Part shown: in pieces, positions 20,117 to 30,324 of the stretch | Position numbering within the stretch: position 1 is the stretch's first letter | Layout of the letters: every line of letters begins with the position of its first letter | The notes under the pieces: model-generated | Seen by the model: the letters and a program-made list of their open reading frames with translations, nothing else | What the model was told of the DNA's origin: nothing | Database searches by the model: none | Position numbers and translations under genes: made by a program | Source of the DNA: an uncultured Verrucomicrobiae bacterium | GTDB taxonomy: Bacteria > Verrucomicrobiota > Verrucomicrobiia > Chthoniobacterales > Chthoniobacteraceae | Length of the DNA stretch: 64,000 bases | NCBI GenBank assembly: GCA_963836755.1 | Contig: CAWIKF010000001.1 | Location: forward strand, 712,268 to 776,267 | Reading direction: 5' to 3'

Positions 20117-20818
20117 CTAGTCGCTGATCATTACGATCGGCCCATGCTCTTCAGCCGCACTCCCCTTGGGATCGAGGCTGACGGCAAACTTTTCCGCATG
20201 AGAAATCGGCTCGCTTGCGTGGAAGGAAATTGGAGTCAGGTCGGGTTTCTCAACTGTGAAAACTCCCGCGCTCACCGGCTGCGGGTATTTCGGATCAATC
20301 ACCCAGAGATGATAATGCCGGTCGGATTCTGCCGGCGGCACGCCGATGACCTTCAACATTCCGCTCTGCTTTTCCTCGTCCCAAACGACCACAGCGGATG
20401 CGTTCGGCGCGCTTTCGAGTTTTGACGAGAGCATTGCGATCTGCATTTTGCAAAAGACGTCGCGCTGCTGCAGGTCGTCGAGCTGCGACAAAAGTTTTCC
20501 GCGATCTGAATTCAAAATGAAACAAGCGACGGCGAGAGACGCCGCGATCGCCCAGGGAATCGCGGGCTTTACAAACGAAAAGGGAACAACTTTCTCCTCG
20601 CCACGGATCTGCGAAAAAATCCGCGCTTCCAGTTGCGGCGGCACTTCGCGCGGCGGCGCGCGATGCGCGAGCGCGGCGGCCGTCTCCCGCAACGCAGCCA
20701 CGTGCTGCCGCAAATCTGCATCGGTTTCACATCGCGACTCGAACGCCCGCGCGTCTTCGGGCGCGAGCAAATCCAGCACATAAAGCGAAGCCGTTTCTTC
20801 TGTTGGTTCGTCGATCAT
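20117..20818 (-). CDS. RskA-like anti-sigma factor
   Basis: YVLDLL N-terminus, one TM, YHLWVI, PVSAGVF, FAVSLDP; coupled to the ECF sigma. Confidence 0.85.
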   Translation of the reverse strand: MIDEPTEETASLYVLDLLAPEDARAFESRCETDADLRQHVAALRETAAALAHRAPPREVPPQLEARIFSQIRGEEKVVPFSFVKPAIPWAIAASLAVACFILNSDRGKLLSQLDDLQQRDVFCKMQIAMLSSKLESAPNASAVVVWDEEKQSGMLKVIGVPPAESDRHYHLWVIDPKYPQPVSAGVFTVEKPDLTPISFHASEPISHAEKFAVSLDPKGSAAEEHGPIVMISD

Positions 20819-21414
20819 CGCTTTTGCAAAAGGGTTTGCAGCGCCAGCATGCCTCGCCGGATTCGCGCCTTAATCGTGCCAAGCGGCACAGCGAGCCGCG
20901 TCGAGATGTCGGTGTGGGTGAGGCCGCTGAAAAATGCGAGATCGATGGCCTCGCGCTGCTCGACTGGAATCTGCGCCATTGCCGCAAAGATGCGTTTCCG
21001 TTCGTCACCAGACTCTGCCGCGTCGAGTCCTGAGTTTGACGCCGCGGCATGGGAATTGTTTTTAAATTCTTCGCCGACCCTTTCCATTTTGTGCTGGTGA
21101 CGATTGGTCGCGCGCAGCCGATCGATCGCTTTGTGCCGTGCGATCATCACCGCCCACGTGAAGACGCCACTGCGCGTGGAATCGTAGGTCGCCGCTTTTT
21201 TCCACATTTGGATGAAAGCTTCCTGCAGCGCGTCCTCCGCCTCTTTTTGATCGCGGAGAATTTCGTAAATCATCGAAAACAATCCCGGCGAAAATTTGCG
21301 ATAAAGCTGCGCAAAGGCGTCTTCATCACGAGCGACGACGCGCGCGATCATTTCTGCATCCGCAGCCCGAGCGGCGGCGCCGGTTTGGGGGGAATCTGAA
21401 AACTCGGCGGACAC
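20815..21414 (-). CDS. ECF sigma factor (SigK-like)
   Basis: AEDALQEAF, IARHKAIDRLR, PLGTIKARIRRG; start uncertain. Confidence 0.9.
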   Translation of the reverse strand: MSAEFSDSPQTGAAARAADAEMIARVVARDEDAFAQLYRKFSPGLFSMIYEILRDQKEAEDALQEAFIQMWKKAATYDSTRSGVFTWAVMIARHKAIDRLRATNRHQHKMERVGEEFKNNSHAAASNSGLDAAESGDERKRIFAAMAQIPVEQREAIDLAFFSGLTHTDISTRLAVPLGTIKARIRRGMLALQTLLQKR

Positions 21415-21644
21415 GGGCTGAAAATCTGCATGGGCGCAAACTCCGGCACAAGGCGATTCTCGAAATGCGCGCGGCCTGGCACCCAGCGGATTCGGCAAAA
21501 CTTCACGCGAGACGCGCGCTGAGTTTCGCTGGCCGGCAGTGGAAATGTGTCACACTTGTTTTAGACGCACGAAAGCGCGCGACAGATGCATGTGCGAAAG
21601 TTTTTTCCTCATCCATCCGGCGGCGGCGTTTCGATAGAAGAGGT

Positions 21645-22100
21645 ATGACCGACACCAATAAAATCACCCGCGCGCAGATGATCGATTTTCTCAACGAAGA
21701 CCTGGCGCGCGAATACCAGGCGATCATTTCCTACGTCATCTACAGCCAGACGATCAAAGGCGCGCAATTCATGGACATCGCCGGTGAGCTCGAAAAGCAC
21801 GCGGCCGAGGAGCTGGAGCACGCGATCGTGGTCGCGAAACAGATCGATTATCTCAACGGCACGCCGACAAAGACGCCGAAGGAAATCCGGGTATCGAGCG
21901 AGGCGGTCGACATGCTCCGCTTCGATCTCGAGAACGAAAAAGTGACGATCATCAATTACCGCGAGCGCATTCGTCAGGCCGAGGCAATGGGCGAATTTGC
22001 GATCGCCGAGGCGCTGCGAAAAATCATCGCGCAGGAGCAGGAACATTTGACCGATCTCGCCGACGCGCTCGGCATCGATAATCCTGAGATCAGCGATTGA
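21645..22100 (+). CDS. Ferritin-like / bacterioferritin-family protein
   Basis: EYQAI, EELEH and QEQEH diiron motifs. Confidence 0.85.
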   Translation: MTDTNKITRAQMIDFLNEDLAREYQAIISYVIYSQTIKGAQFMDIAGELEKHAAEELEHAIVVAKQIDYLNGTPTKTPKEIRVSSEAVDMLRFDLENEKVTIINYRERIRQAEAMGEFAIAEALRKIIAQEQEHLTDLADALGIDNPEISD

Positions 22101-22270
22101 ACACGCGGAAATGGGACGATTACCATTCAGGCAGTGCGGTCGAAGTCGCGAATGCGATGCCGACGGCGCGCAGAACCTTGACGCCAGGCAATACGTGCCC
22201 GTCCGCCGAGCAAAATCATCTCGACGCGGCGGTCGTTGAATTGATGATGCCGGGGATGAAAGGCGCCTGA

Positions 22271-23035
22271 ATGTTGCGGCTTGCGCGCTGCTGCCTTCTG
22301 TTTTACATCGTGGTAACAACCGCCCATGCGGGAGAAGTTCTCATCGCGGTGGCGGCCGATGCGACAGGAGCCGTTCGGGAGATCAATGCAGCCTTTGAAA
22401 AAGCGCATCCGGGCGCAAAGCTACAGCTCGCGAGCGGATCATCCGGCAACCTTTTTGCGCAGATTGACAACGGGGCGCCATTCGATGTTTTTCTTTCCGC
22501 CGACACCAATTATCCGCGCGAACTCGCGAAGGCTGGGTTCGCCGTGGAAGCGAGCATCCATGCCTATGCGCGAGGACGCATCGTTCTTTGGACGACAAGG
22601 CCAGGGCTCGATGTCGCGAAAGGTTTGGCGCTTTTACGCGATTCACAGTCCTTTAAAAAAGTGGCGATCGCCAATCCGAGCCACGCTCCTTACGGACGCG
22701 CGGCAAAGTCTGCGCTTGAGCATGAAAAATTATGGGACGAACTCGCGCCGCGCCTCGTCCTCGGCGAAAATGTTTCACAGGCCGCGCAGTTTGTGCAGAC
22801 CGGAAATGCGGACGCCGGCATTGTCGCGTTGTCGCAAATGAAGGAAGTCGCAGCGGCGAAAGCCGGGAACTTTTTTTTGATTCCGCAGGCGTTTTATCCG
22901 CCGCTGGATCAGGGTTCCGCGTTGTTGAAACACGGCGCGGACAATCCGCTGGCGAAAGAATATTTGGAATTTCTTAACACGTCTCCGGCAGCGCGAAAAA
23001 TCCTCGACAATTACGGATTCGGATTGGAAAGGTGA
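22271..23035 (+). CDS. modA: Molybdate ABC transporter substrate-binding protein
   Basis: GSSGNLFAQI.NGAPFDVFLSA; IANPSHAPYGRAA. Confidence 0.92.
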   Translation: MLRLARCCLLFYIVVTTAHAGEVLIAVAADATGAVREINAAFEKAHPGAKLQLASGSSGNLFAQIDNGAPFDVFLSADTNYPRELAKAGFAVEASIHAYARGRIVLWTTRPGLDVAKGLALLRDSQSFKKVAIANPSHAPYGRAAKSALEHEKLWDELAPRLVLGENVSQAAQFVQTGNADAGIVALSQMKEVAAAKAGNFFLIPQAFYPPLDQGSALLKHGADNPLAKEYLEFLNTSPAARKILDNYGFGLER

Positions 23036-23739
23036 CCGCGATTTTTCAAACCGTGACCCATCTTCCACCGGAATTTTGGCAGGCTTTGTGGCTGACGCTG
23101 CGCCTCGCTTTTTGCACCACTTTTTTTCTGCTCATCCTCGGGCTGCCGCTCGCGCAGTGGCTCAATCGCGGTCGCGGCCGCTTCATGATTTTGGTTGAGA
23201 CGCTCGTGACGCTGCCGGTCGTGCTGCCGCCGACGGTGATCGGTTTTTACCTGCTCTTCTTTTTTGCGCCGCAAACTTTTCTCGGCAAAATCTGGATCGC
23301 CGTGCTGGGCCGGCCGCTCGCTTTCAGTTTTTCCGGGCTCGTCGTCGGCTCGATTCTTTACAGCCTGCCGTTCGCGATTCAGCCGTTCCAGGCGGCGCTG
23401 CGCGCGGTGCCCGAGGTTTTGCTGGAAGCGGCGAAAATGGACGGCGCGTCTGCGCTGCAAATTTTTCGGCACGTCATGCTGCCGGTCGCCGGCGGCGGAA
23501 TTTTGGTCGGCGTGATTTTGAGTTTTGCGCACACGATCGGCGAGTTTGGCGTCGTGCTGATGCTCGGCGGCAGCATTCCCGGCCAGACGCGCGTCGCGTC
23601 GATCGCGCTCTTTGATGAAGTGCAAAAACTGAATTATCCGATGGCTCATGCCTACGCGCTGGTGCTGCTCCTGGTCTCGTTCGCGTTGATTTTCGGGATG
23701 AGCTGCGTGCGGCGCAATGGCCTGCGCAGCATCTATTGA
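23032..23739 (+). CDS. modB: Molybdate ABC transporter permease
   Basis: LPVVLPPTVIGFYLL; FAHTIGEFGVVLMLGG. Confidence 0.92.
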   Translation: MTAIFQTVTHLPPEFWQALWLTLRLAFCTTFFLLILGLPLAQWLNRGRGRFMILVETLVTLPVVLPPTVIGFYLLFFFAPQTFLGKIWIAVLGRPLAFSFSGLVVGSILYSLPFAIQPFQAALRAVPEVLLEAAKMDGASALQIFRHVMLPVAGGGILVGVILSFAHTIGEFGVVLMLGGSIPGQTRVASIALFDEVQKLNYPMAHAYALVLLLVSFALIFGMSCVRRNGLRSIY

Positions 23740-23808
23740 TCGGCCTCGCCGGCCCGCGCAGGTAAGGTTGGACAAAAGCGGCAACGACCACCATATTCCC
23801 GACCCGCC

Positions 23809-24231
23809 ATGTCAATTCTCATCAACCTGCTGCTCGGCATTTTCGTGCTCGTGTCGTCTCTTTTGATCCTGATCGTCCTCATGCAGCGGCCGAAAAGCGA
23901 AGGCCTCGGCGCGGCTTTCGGCGGTGGGATGACCGAAAATCTTTTTGGTGCGCAAACCACGAATGTGCTCGGAAATGCCACGCGCTATCTCGGCGCGTTT
24001 TTTTTCATTCTCGCGCTCATTCTCTCGATGCTTTACGCGAAGCAATCGCAGCGCAAAAGCGCACTCCAGCAGGAGTTGATTAAAACAGCGCCGCCGGTTG
24101 CGATTCCGCTGACATCGCCGGCTGCGTCGCCCGCGGCATCCGCCGCTCCGTCAGCTTCCGCAGCTGGGAGCGAAAAGTCTTCGCCGCATCCAGCGGCATC
24201 GGCGGCAGCGAGCTCAAAAAATAGTCAGTAA
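23809..24231 (+). CDS. secG: Preprotein translocase subunit SecG
   Basis: VLMQRPKSEGLGAAFGGG; two TMs. Confidence 0.9.
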   Translation: MSILINLLLGIFVLVSSLLILIVLMQRPKSEGLGAAFGGGMTENLFGAQTTNVLGNATRYLGAFFFILALILSMLYAKQSQRKSALQQELIKTAPPVAIPLTSPAASPAASAAPSASAAGSEKSSPHPAASAAASSKNSQ

Positions 24232-24243
24232 CTTCCGGCTGCT

Positions 24244-25824
24244 GTGAAAAGCGTGCGCGGTTTTGCTTTCGCGGCGCTGCTGATTTTTCTCGCCGGATGC
24301 GCAAAGCGATCCGACCGCGCCGATCTCGTTTTTCTCAACGGCGCAGAGCCGGAAACGCTCGATCCCGCGCTCATCACCGGCCAACCGGAAGGCCGCATCG
24401 CCAGCGCGCTTTTCGAAGGTTTGACGACATTCAACTCTGCGGCGCAGCCGGTGCCCGGCGTGGCGGAGCGGTGGGAACTTTCGCCCGACAAGCGCATCTA
24501 CACTTTTCACCTGCGCGCAAACGCCCGCTGGAGCAACGGCGATGCGATCACTGCGAATGATTTTCTGAAATCGTGGCAGCGCACGCTCGCGCCGGAGACC
24601 GCGTCGGAATACGCCTATCAACTTTACTACATCAAAAACGCGCGCGCTTTCAACGAAGGGACGCTGCACAATTTCTGGCAGGTCGGCATTCGCGCGCTCG
24701 ACCCGCTCACGCTCGAGGTCACGCTCGAAAATCCGACGCCATTTTTCCTCGATCTCTGCGCGTTCACCACGCTCATGCCCGTGCATTTGCCGACCGTTTA
24801 CCGCTACGGCGATGGCTGGATCAAGCCCGGCAAACTCGTCGGCAACGGCGCGTATCAGCTCACGGAGTGGCGCATCAACGACCGTGTTCGCCTTGTTAAA
24901 AATCCGTTTTATTGGAATGCGGCGCACGTGGCGATGCGCAGCGTCGATGTGCTCCCGGCCGCGCGCGCGAACACAGCATTCAACTACTACGCGACCGGCC
25001 TCGCCGACCTCATGATGGACAAAGGTCTCGCGCCGACGCCGCTGATGGGCGAGCTGAAAAAGCGCGCCGACTTTCATTCCGCGCCGTTCCTCGGCAACTA
25101 CTTCATTCGCTTCAACGTCACGCGCAAACCGTTCGACGATGTGCGCGTGCGGCAGGCTTTCGCGCTCGTCATCGACAAAAATTTGCTCGTCGAAAAAATT
25201 ACAAAGGCCGGCGAGGTTCCCGCGCAAAGCCTCGTCCCGCCTGGCTGCGCGGGCTATCAGCCGCCGCCGGGACTCGCGCGCGATCCGGTCCGTGCGCGCC
25301 AGCTTCTCGCCGATGCGGGATTTCCCGGCGGCAAAAATTTTCCGCTCATCAGCTATCTTTACAAAGGAGACTCCGATCTCGACCGCGACCTCGCCGTCGA
25401 GCTGCAAGGCATGTTCCAGCGCGAGCTCGGCGTGAACATGCAACTGCAGGGCCAGGAATGGAAAGTCTATCTCCGCTCGATGAGCAGCCTCGACTACGAC
25501 CTTTGCCGCTCGAGCTGGGTCGGCGATTACAATGATCCGAACACGTTCCTCGACATGTTCGTCACCGGCGGCGGCAACAACCGCACCGGCTGGGGCAGCA
25601 CCGTTTACGATGACGACATCGCGCAGGCCGCGCGCGAGATCGACCCGCGCACGCGCTTCGATATTTTCCGCCGTGCCGAGCACATCCTCATTACCGAGCA
25701 AGCGCCGATCTGCCCGCTCTACTTCTACGTCGGCATCCAGTTTTATAATGGCGCGCGCCTCGGCGGCATCCAGGCGAACCTTCTCGACGAGCATCCGCTG
25801 CGCGAAATGTTTTGGAAAAAATAA
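24244..25824 (+). CDS. OppA-like peptide ABC transporter substrate-binding lipoprotein
   Basis: Lipobox LAGC; EPETLDP, LFEGL, WSNGD and SWVGDYNDP motifs. Confidence 0.9.
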   Translation: MKSVRGFAFAALLIFLAGCAKRSDRADLVFLNGAEPETLDPALITGQPEGRIASALFEGLTTFNSAAQPVPGVAERWELSPDKRIYTFHLRANARWSNGDAITANDFLKSWQRTLAPETASEYAYQLYYIKNARAFNEGTLHNFWQVGIRALDPLTLEVTLENPTPFFLDLCAFTTLMPVHLPTVYRYGDGWIKPGKLVGNGAYQLTEWRINDRVRLVKNPFYWNAAHVAMRSVDVLPAARANTAFNYYATGLADLMMDKGLAPTPLMGELKKRADFHSAPFLGNYFIRFNVTRKPFDDVRVRQAFALVIDKNLLVEKITKAGEVPAQSLVPPGCAGYQPPPGLARDPVRARQLLADAGFPGGKNFPLISYLYKGDSDLDRDLAVELQGMFQRELGVNMQLQGQEWKVYLRSMSSLDYDLCRSSWVGDYNDPNTFLDMFVTGGGNNRTGWGSTVYDDDIAQAAREIDPRTRFDIFRRAEHILITEQAPICPLYFYVGIQFYNGARLGGIQANLLDEHPLREMFWKK

Positions 25825-25948
25825 GCTGCGCGCGGCCGAAATGTGCGCTCGGAATTTGTTGGCCGGATTTCCCGCAGCGCATAGTTTTTGCAACCGTGCC
25901 GATTGCGAACCCCGCCGCTGAACTTTTTCGCAAAGCCGAAATGCGCTG

Positions 25949-27848
25949 ATGGATTACGCCAGTTTTTTGCTTTACCGCGCGGTGCGGAAGTTTTGTTCGT
26001 GGCTGCCGATCCGATGGGTTTTTTTGCTCGGCAGATTTTTTGGCGCGAGCGCGTATTGGCTCGCGCCGCCTTACAGGAAGCTGGTTCTCGCGAATCTCTC
26101 GCTCGCATTTGAGGGAGAAAAAGATGCGCGCGAAATCCGTGCGCTGGCGCGCGAACATTTCGCAAACCTTGGCGCGAATTTGCTCTCGAGCCTCAAGCTC
26201 GCCACGATGAGCCGCGACGAAATTCTCGCGGTCGTGACGATGGAAAATACGGAAATTGTCGAGCGCGTCATTTACGAGCACGGCGGTTTTGTTTTCGTCG
26301 TCAGCCATCTTGGCAATTGGGAATTGCACTCGCAACTCGCGCCGATCGCGTTTCGCTGCCAGTGCGGCACGATTTATCAGCGGCTCGGTAATCCCTACAT
26401 CGATGCTGATGTCCGCAAAAGTCGCGCGCGTCACGGGCTGGAAACTTTTGAGCGCAAGGAAGGATTCGCCGGCGCGATGCGACTGCTCCGCGCGCGCGGA
26501 GGCGTCGGCGTGCTCGTCGATCAACACGCCGGCGACGCCGGTCTGTGGACGCCGTTTTTTGGGCGGCTCGCATCGACTTCGCCGCTTGCAGCGACGCTCG
26601 CCATTCGCACCGGCGCGGCACTTTTACCGGCCGCAATTTACACTGTCGGCGTCGCGCGCTGGCGCTTCGTTGTTGGCGAGGCGGTCTTTGCAGTCGATCG
26701 AAATTCCGATCAACTCACGGCGACGATCAATGAAACTTTGGAGCAACAAATCCGCGTCTCGCCGAAGGATTGGTTTTGGGTTCACAAGCGCTGGAAAACG
26801 CCCGCGCCGAAATTTTTGCTCGCGACCTACAAGCGCGGCGTCGTGCTGCCGGACGATTTTCCAGCAACGCGCTTGAAGCCTTTCCGCATCTTGATCCGCT
26901 CGACGAACTGGCTCGGCGACGCGGTGATGAGCGTGCCGGCAGTCCGCGCCATCAAGCGCGGCCGGCCCGACGCGCACGTTACGATTCTCACGCGCGCGAA
27001 GCTCGTCGATTTCTGGAAAACTGTGCCTGAGGTGGACGAAGTCATCGCGATTGAAAAAGGCGAGGGGACGTGGCGCGTCGCGCGAAAAATCGCCGCGAAA
27101 AATTTCGACGCGGCGGTTTTGTTTCCAAATTCCGTCCGTTCCGCACTCGAGGTCTGGCTCGCGCGAATCCCGCGCCGGGTCGGCTATCGTGCGAAGTGGC
27201 GCGACAAACTTTTGAACCAGCTTGCCGACGCGAAAAAACGCGAAAAACAAACACGGCCTCCACGCCATCAAATGTTTAACTATTTGCAAATCGCCGAATC
27301 GATCGGCGCGGACATCTCGGCAGCGGAAACTTTTCTCCAGCCGCCGCTCCCGCAAACCAGCACGACCGCGCGCATCGGCATCTGCCCCGGCGCGGAATAT
27401 GGCCCGGCGAAGCGCTGGCTGCCTGAGCGTTTCGCGGAGGCCGCGCAACGCTTCGCGGCGGCGCGCGATTGCGAGTGGGTGATTTTTGGCGTGGAAAAAG
27501 ATCGCGAGATCGGCGCGCAAATCTCCGCCGTGCTCGGCGACCGATGCACCGACTTGACCGGCAAAACGACGCTCGGCGGAATTAATCGAGCAGTTGCGCG
27601 CGTGCCGTCTGCTGCTCACGAACGACACCGGCACGATGCATCTCGCCGCGCATCTCGGCGTGCCGGTCGTCGCGATTTTTGGCTCCACGGAACCGGCGCT
27701 CACCGGCCCGATCGGCGCGCGGCACCGCGTGCTCCGCCATCACGTCGTCTGCAGCCCGTGCTTCCTGCGCGAGTGCCCGCTCGACTTCCGCTGCATGAAA
27801 TCCGTCGGCGTGGACGAAGTCGCGGACGCTGTGCTGGCGGCGCTTTAG
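25949..27848 (+). CDS. Lipid A acyltransferase (LpxL-like) fused to heptosyltransferase II (WaaF-like); 1-nt frameshift near 27577
   Basis: HLGNWE, DQ and WFWVHKRWK, then NWLGDAVM and PGAEYGPAKRW; continues in another frame as ELIEQLRACRLLLTNDTGTMHLAA. Confidence 0.88.
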
Positions 27849-28327
27849 CGTTCCGGCCGCCGCTCGTTTTGTGGCACGAAAGAATTTTCGATGACGTCGT
27901 TCACGCGCGACGCGGGAATCACGCGATCGGTCTGGCTGTCGAGATTTCCGTCACGGCCGATGATGACAATGTTAAACTTTCCGTTGGTGCCGTAATCGCT
28001 CGCGATCTGCGCCGGGTCGCGCGCGATGGCGAATGGAATATCGGAGCGAATGTTCGTGCTGCCGTCCGCGAGCGCGGCGACGAAGATCACCTTCCGGCTC
28101 GCGAACTTTTGATAAAGCTCGTGCAACTTTTTCACCTGTGCGCGAAAGGCGTGGTTGCGCGCGCTCGGCGCGATGAGCAACACAATCGGCTGACCCTTGA
28201 CCGCGCGGAGACTGTTCGCGCGAGCCGGCGCGTCCCAGCTGAAATTCGGCGCGGGCCGCGCGACATTTGCGAGCGCGGCGGCTGCGAAGGCGAGGGGGAT
28301 GAATGCGAGAAGGCGAAGTTTTCTCAC
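27845..28327 (-). CDS. Secreted thioredoxin-fold-like hypothetical protein (DUF4174-like)
   Basis: Signal peptide; FNIVIIGRDG motif; no CxxC. Confidence 0.5.
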   Translation of the reverse strand: MRKLRLLAFIPLAFAAAALANVARPAPNFSWDAPARANSLRAVKGQPIVLLIAPSARNHAFRAQVKKLHELYQKFASRKVIFVAALADGSTNIRSDIPFAIARDPAQIASDYGTNGKFNIVIIGRDGNLDSQTDRVIPASRVNDVIENSFVPQNERRPER

Positions 28328-28330
28328 GGG

Positions 28331-28891
28331 CTAGATTTTCATGATGTCGGTTTCTTTTGCCGCAACGGCGTCGTCGATTTTCTTCACGTATTGATCGGTC
28401 AGCTTCTGCACTTCCGACTCGAGATCGCGCAAGCCATCCTCGGTCAGGTCGCCGCTTTTCTCCGCCTTCTTCGCGGCGTCGATTCCCTCGCGCCGCGCGC
28501 TGCGCACTCGCACCCGCGCTTCCTCCGCCATTTGTTTGATCGTCTTCACCAGGTCGCGCCGGCGCTCCTCGGAAAGTTCGGGAATCGGCAGCCGGATGAT
28601 CTTTCCATCGACCGCGGGATTGATCCCAATCTTCGATTCCTTGATCGCTTTTTCAATGTCCTTCGTCGTCGCCGCATCGAATGGCTGGATGACCAGCAGC
28701 CGCGGTTCCGGCGTCGTGATCAGCGCGATCTGCTTCAGCTTCATCGACGCGCCGTAAGCTTCGACATCGATGTTTTCCACCAGCGCAGGCGATGCCTTGC
28801 CGGTTCGCACGCTCGCGAATTCATGCGTCATGTAATCGGCGGCTTTTTCCATCGCGCCTTCGGTATCGAGGAGAATTTCGTCGGGGTCCAT
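28331..28891 (-). CDS. frr: Ribosome recycling factor
   Basis: RTGKASP, PELSEERRRDLVK; follows pyrH. Confidence 0.97.
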   Translation of the reverse strand: MDPDEILLDTEGAMEKAADYMTHEFASVRTGKASPALVENIDVEAYGASMKLKQIALITTPEPRLLVIQPFDAATTKDIEKAIKESKIGINPAVDGKIIRLPIPELSEERRRDLVKTIKQMAEEARVRVRSARREGIDAAKKAEKSGDLTEDGLRDLESEVQKLTDQYVKKIDDAVAAKETDIMKI

Positions 28892-28906
28892 AGTTTAAAA
28901 AATCGA

Positions 28907-29635
28907 TTACTCCGTCGTCACGATCGTGCCGACTTTTTTGCCGAGCACGGCGTCGCGGATGTTTTTCTTGTTCATCATGTCGAAAACAATGATTGGAACT
29001 TTGTTATCCATGCAAAGCGAGAACGCCGTCGAGTCCATCACCTGCAAACGTTTCGTTAACGCTTCGGTAAAAGTCAGGTGCGCGTATTTCACCGCCTTCG
29101 GATTCTTGTTCGGGTCAGAATCGTAAATCCCATCCACCTTTGTCGCCTTTAAAATCACCTGCGCGCCGATCTCGCTCGCCCGCAGCGCCGCCGTCGTGTC
29201 CGTGGAGAAAAACGGATTCCCCGTCCCCGCGACAAAGATCACCACGCGTCGCAGCTCCAGATGCCGCATCGCGCGCCGGCGGATGAACGACTCCGCCACA
29301 TTCTTCATCTCGATCGCCGTCTGCACCCGCGTCACCACGCCGAGCGATTCGAGCGTGCTCTGCAGCGCCAGCCCATTCATCACCGTCGCCAGCATCCCCA
29401 TGTAATCGGCCGTCGCCCGCTCCATCCCGCGCGTGCTCGCCGACGCGCCGCGCCAGATATTTCCACCGCCGACCACCACCGCCACCTCGCAGCCCAGCTC
29501 GTGCACTTCCTTGATCTGCTTCGCCACATCGCCCACGATCTGCGGCGAGATATTGTCACGGCTGCCCGGTTCCCGCAGCGCCTCGCCGCTGATCTTTAGG
29601 ACGATTCGCTTATAAAAAGGAACTTTCGCTGGCAT
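28907..29635 (-). CDS. pyrH: UMP kinase
   Basis: [30 protein letters not shown]. Confidence 0.97.
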   Translation of the reverse strand: MPAKVPFYKRIVLKISGEALREPGSRDNISPQIVGDVAKQIKEVHELGCEVAVVVGGGNIWRGASASTRGMERATADYMGMLATVMNGLALQSTLESLGVVTRVQTAIEMKNVAESFIRRRAMRHLELRRVVIFVAGTGNPFFSTDTTAALRASEIGAQVILKATKVDGIYDSDPNKNPKAVKYAHLTFTEALTKRLQVMDSTAFSLCMDNKVPIIVFDMMNKKNIRDAVLGKKVGTIVTTE

Positions 29636-29718
29636 CGCGCGCAGATGAAACACGAAACCCGCGCGCATGAGAAAACAAAAATGCGATCACGCGAAAAAGC
29701 GTGCGCCTTTGGGAAACC

Positions 29719-29792
29719 CGCGCCCGGGGTGACTCGAACACCCGACCGGCGGATTAGAAATCCGCTGCTCTATCCGGCTGAGCTACGGGCGC
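29719..29792 (-). tRNA. tRNA-Arg (anticodon TCT), CCA not encoded
   Basis: GCGCCCG acceptor stem, TAGCTCAG D arm, GCGGA-TTTCTAA-TCCGC anticodon arm, GTTCGAGTC T loop. Confidence 0.95.
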
Positions 29793-29910
29793 AAAGTGGA
29801 TTTGAACCGCCGCAATATCGAAAGCCCGCGCCCCTCTGGCAATGCATTTCCGAAAAGTCTGCGCGCATTTTCCCCATTCGCACCGGAAGCAACCCAGCCT
29901 CGTCGCGGGT

Positions 29911-30275
29911 CGAACTTTCACGTCGGAGGTCAGACGAGACGCGTCGGCAGCCGAATGCGCCATTTCCACCCGCGAACGATGCAGCTCGACACGCGAAGGA
30001 TTGAGTTCCGCAGTCGGACGAGACAGCCCCGGATGCGAAGCATTCAGCTACAGAGCCGAAGGATCCACCTACGAAAGAAGCGAAGGATCCAGCTACAAAG
30101 GCGAAGGATCCACCTACGAGAAAGCCTCAGCGACGAACGATCCACCTACGAAATCGAAGAAATCAGCTCCCGCGACGAAGGATTCGCCTCCCGTTGCGAA
30201 GGATTCAGCTCCGCCGACGAACGCACCACCTGCAAAACCGCCCGCGACAGCTCCCGACTCGAGCGTTTTACTCTG
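29911..30275. repeat. Degenerate 21-bp-period tandem array, consensus about CGAAGGATYCASCTMC-N5
   Basis: Units start at 29952, 29973, 29994, 30015, 30036, 30057, 30081, 30102, 30134, 30155, 30176, 30197, 30218, 30239 and 30260; weaker units at 29911 and 29931. Confidence 0.85.
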
Positions 30276-30324
30276 TTAAAAAACAAAGCTGTGCGCCAGC
30301 GACGCCGGCCGATACCCTCGACCC

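Noticed and set aside
27580..29059. C-terminal half of the 1036-aa ORF 25949..29059
   Set aside because: Frameshift read-through antisense to frr and pyrH
29719..29792. tRNA-Arg as integration site of the adjacent accessory block
   Set aside because: The block lies on the tRNA's 5' side, and no integrase or duplicated tRNA 3' end was seen
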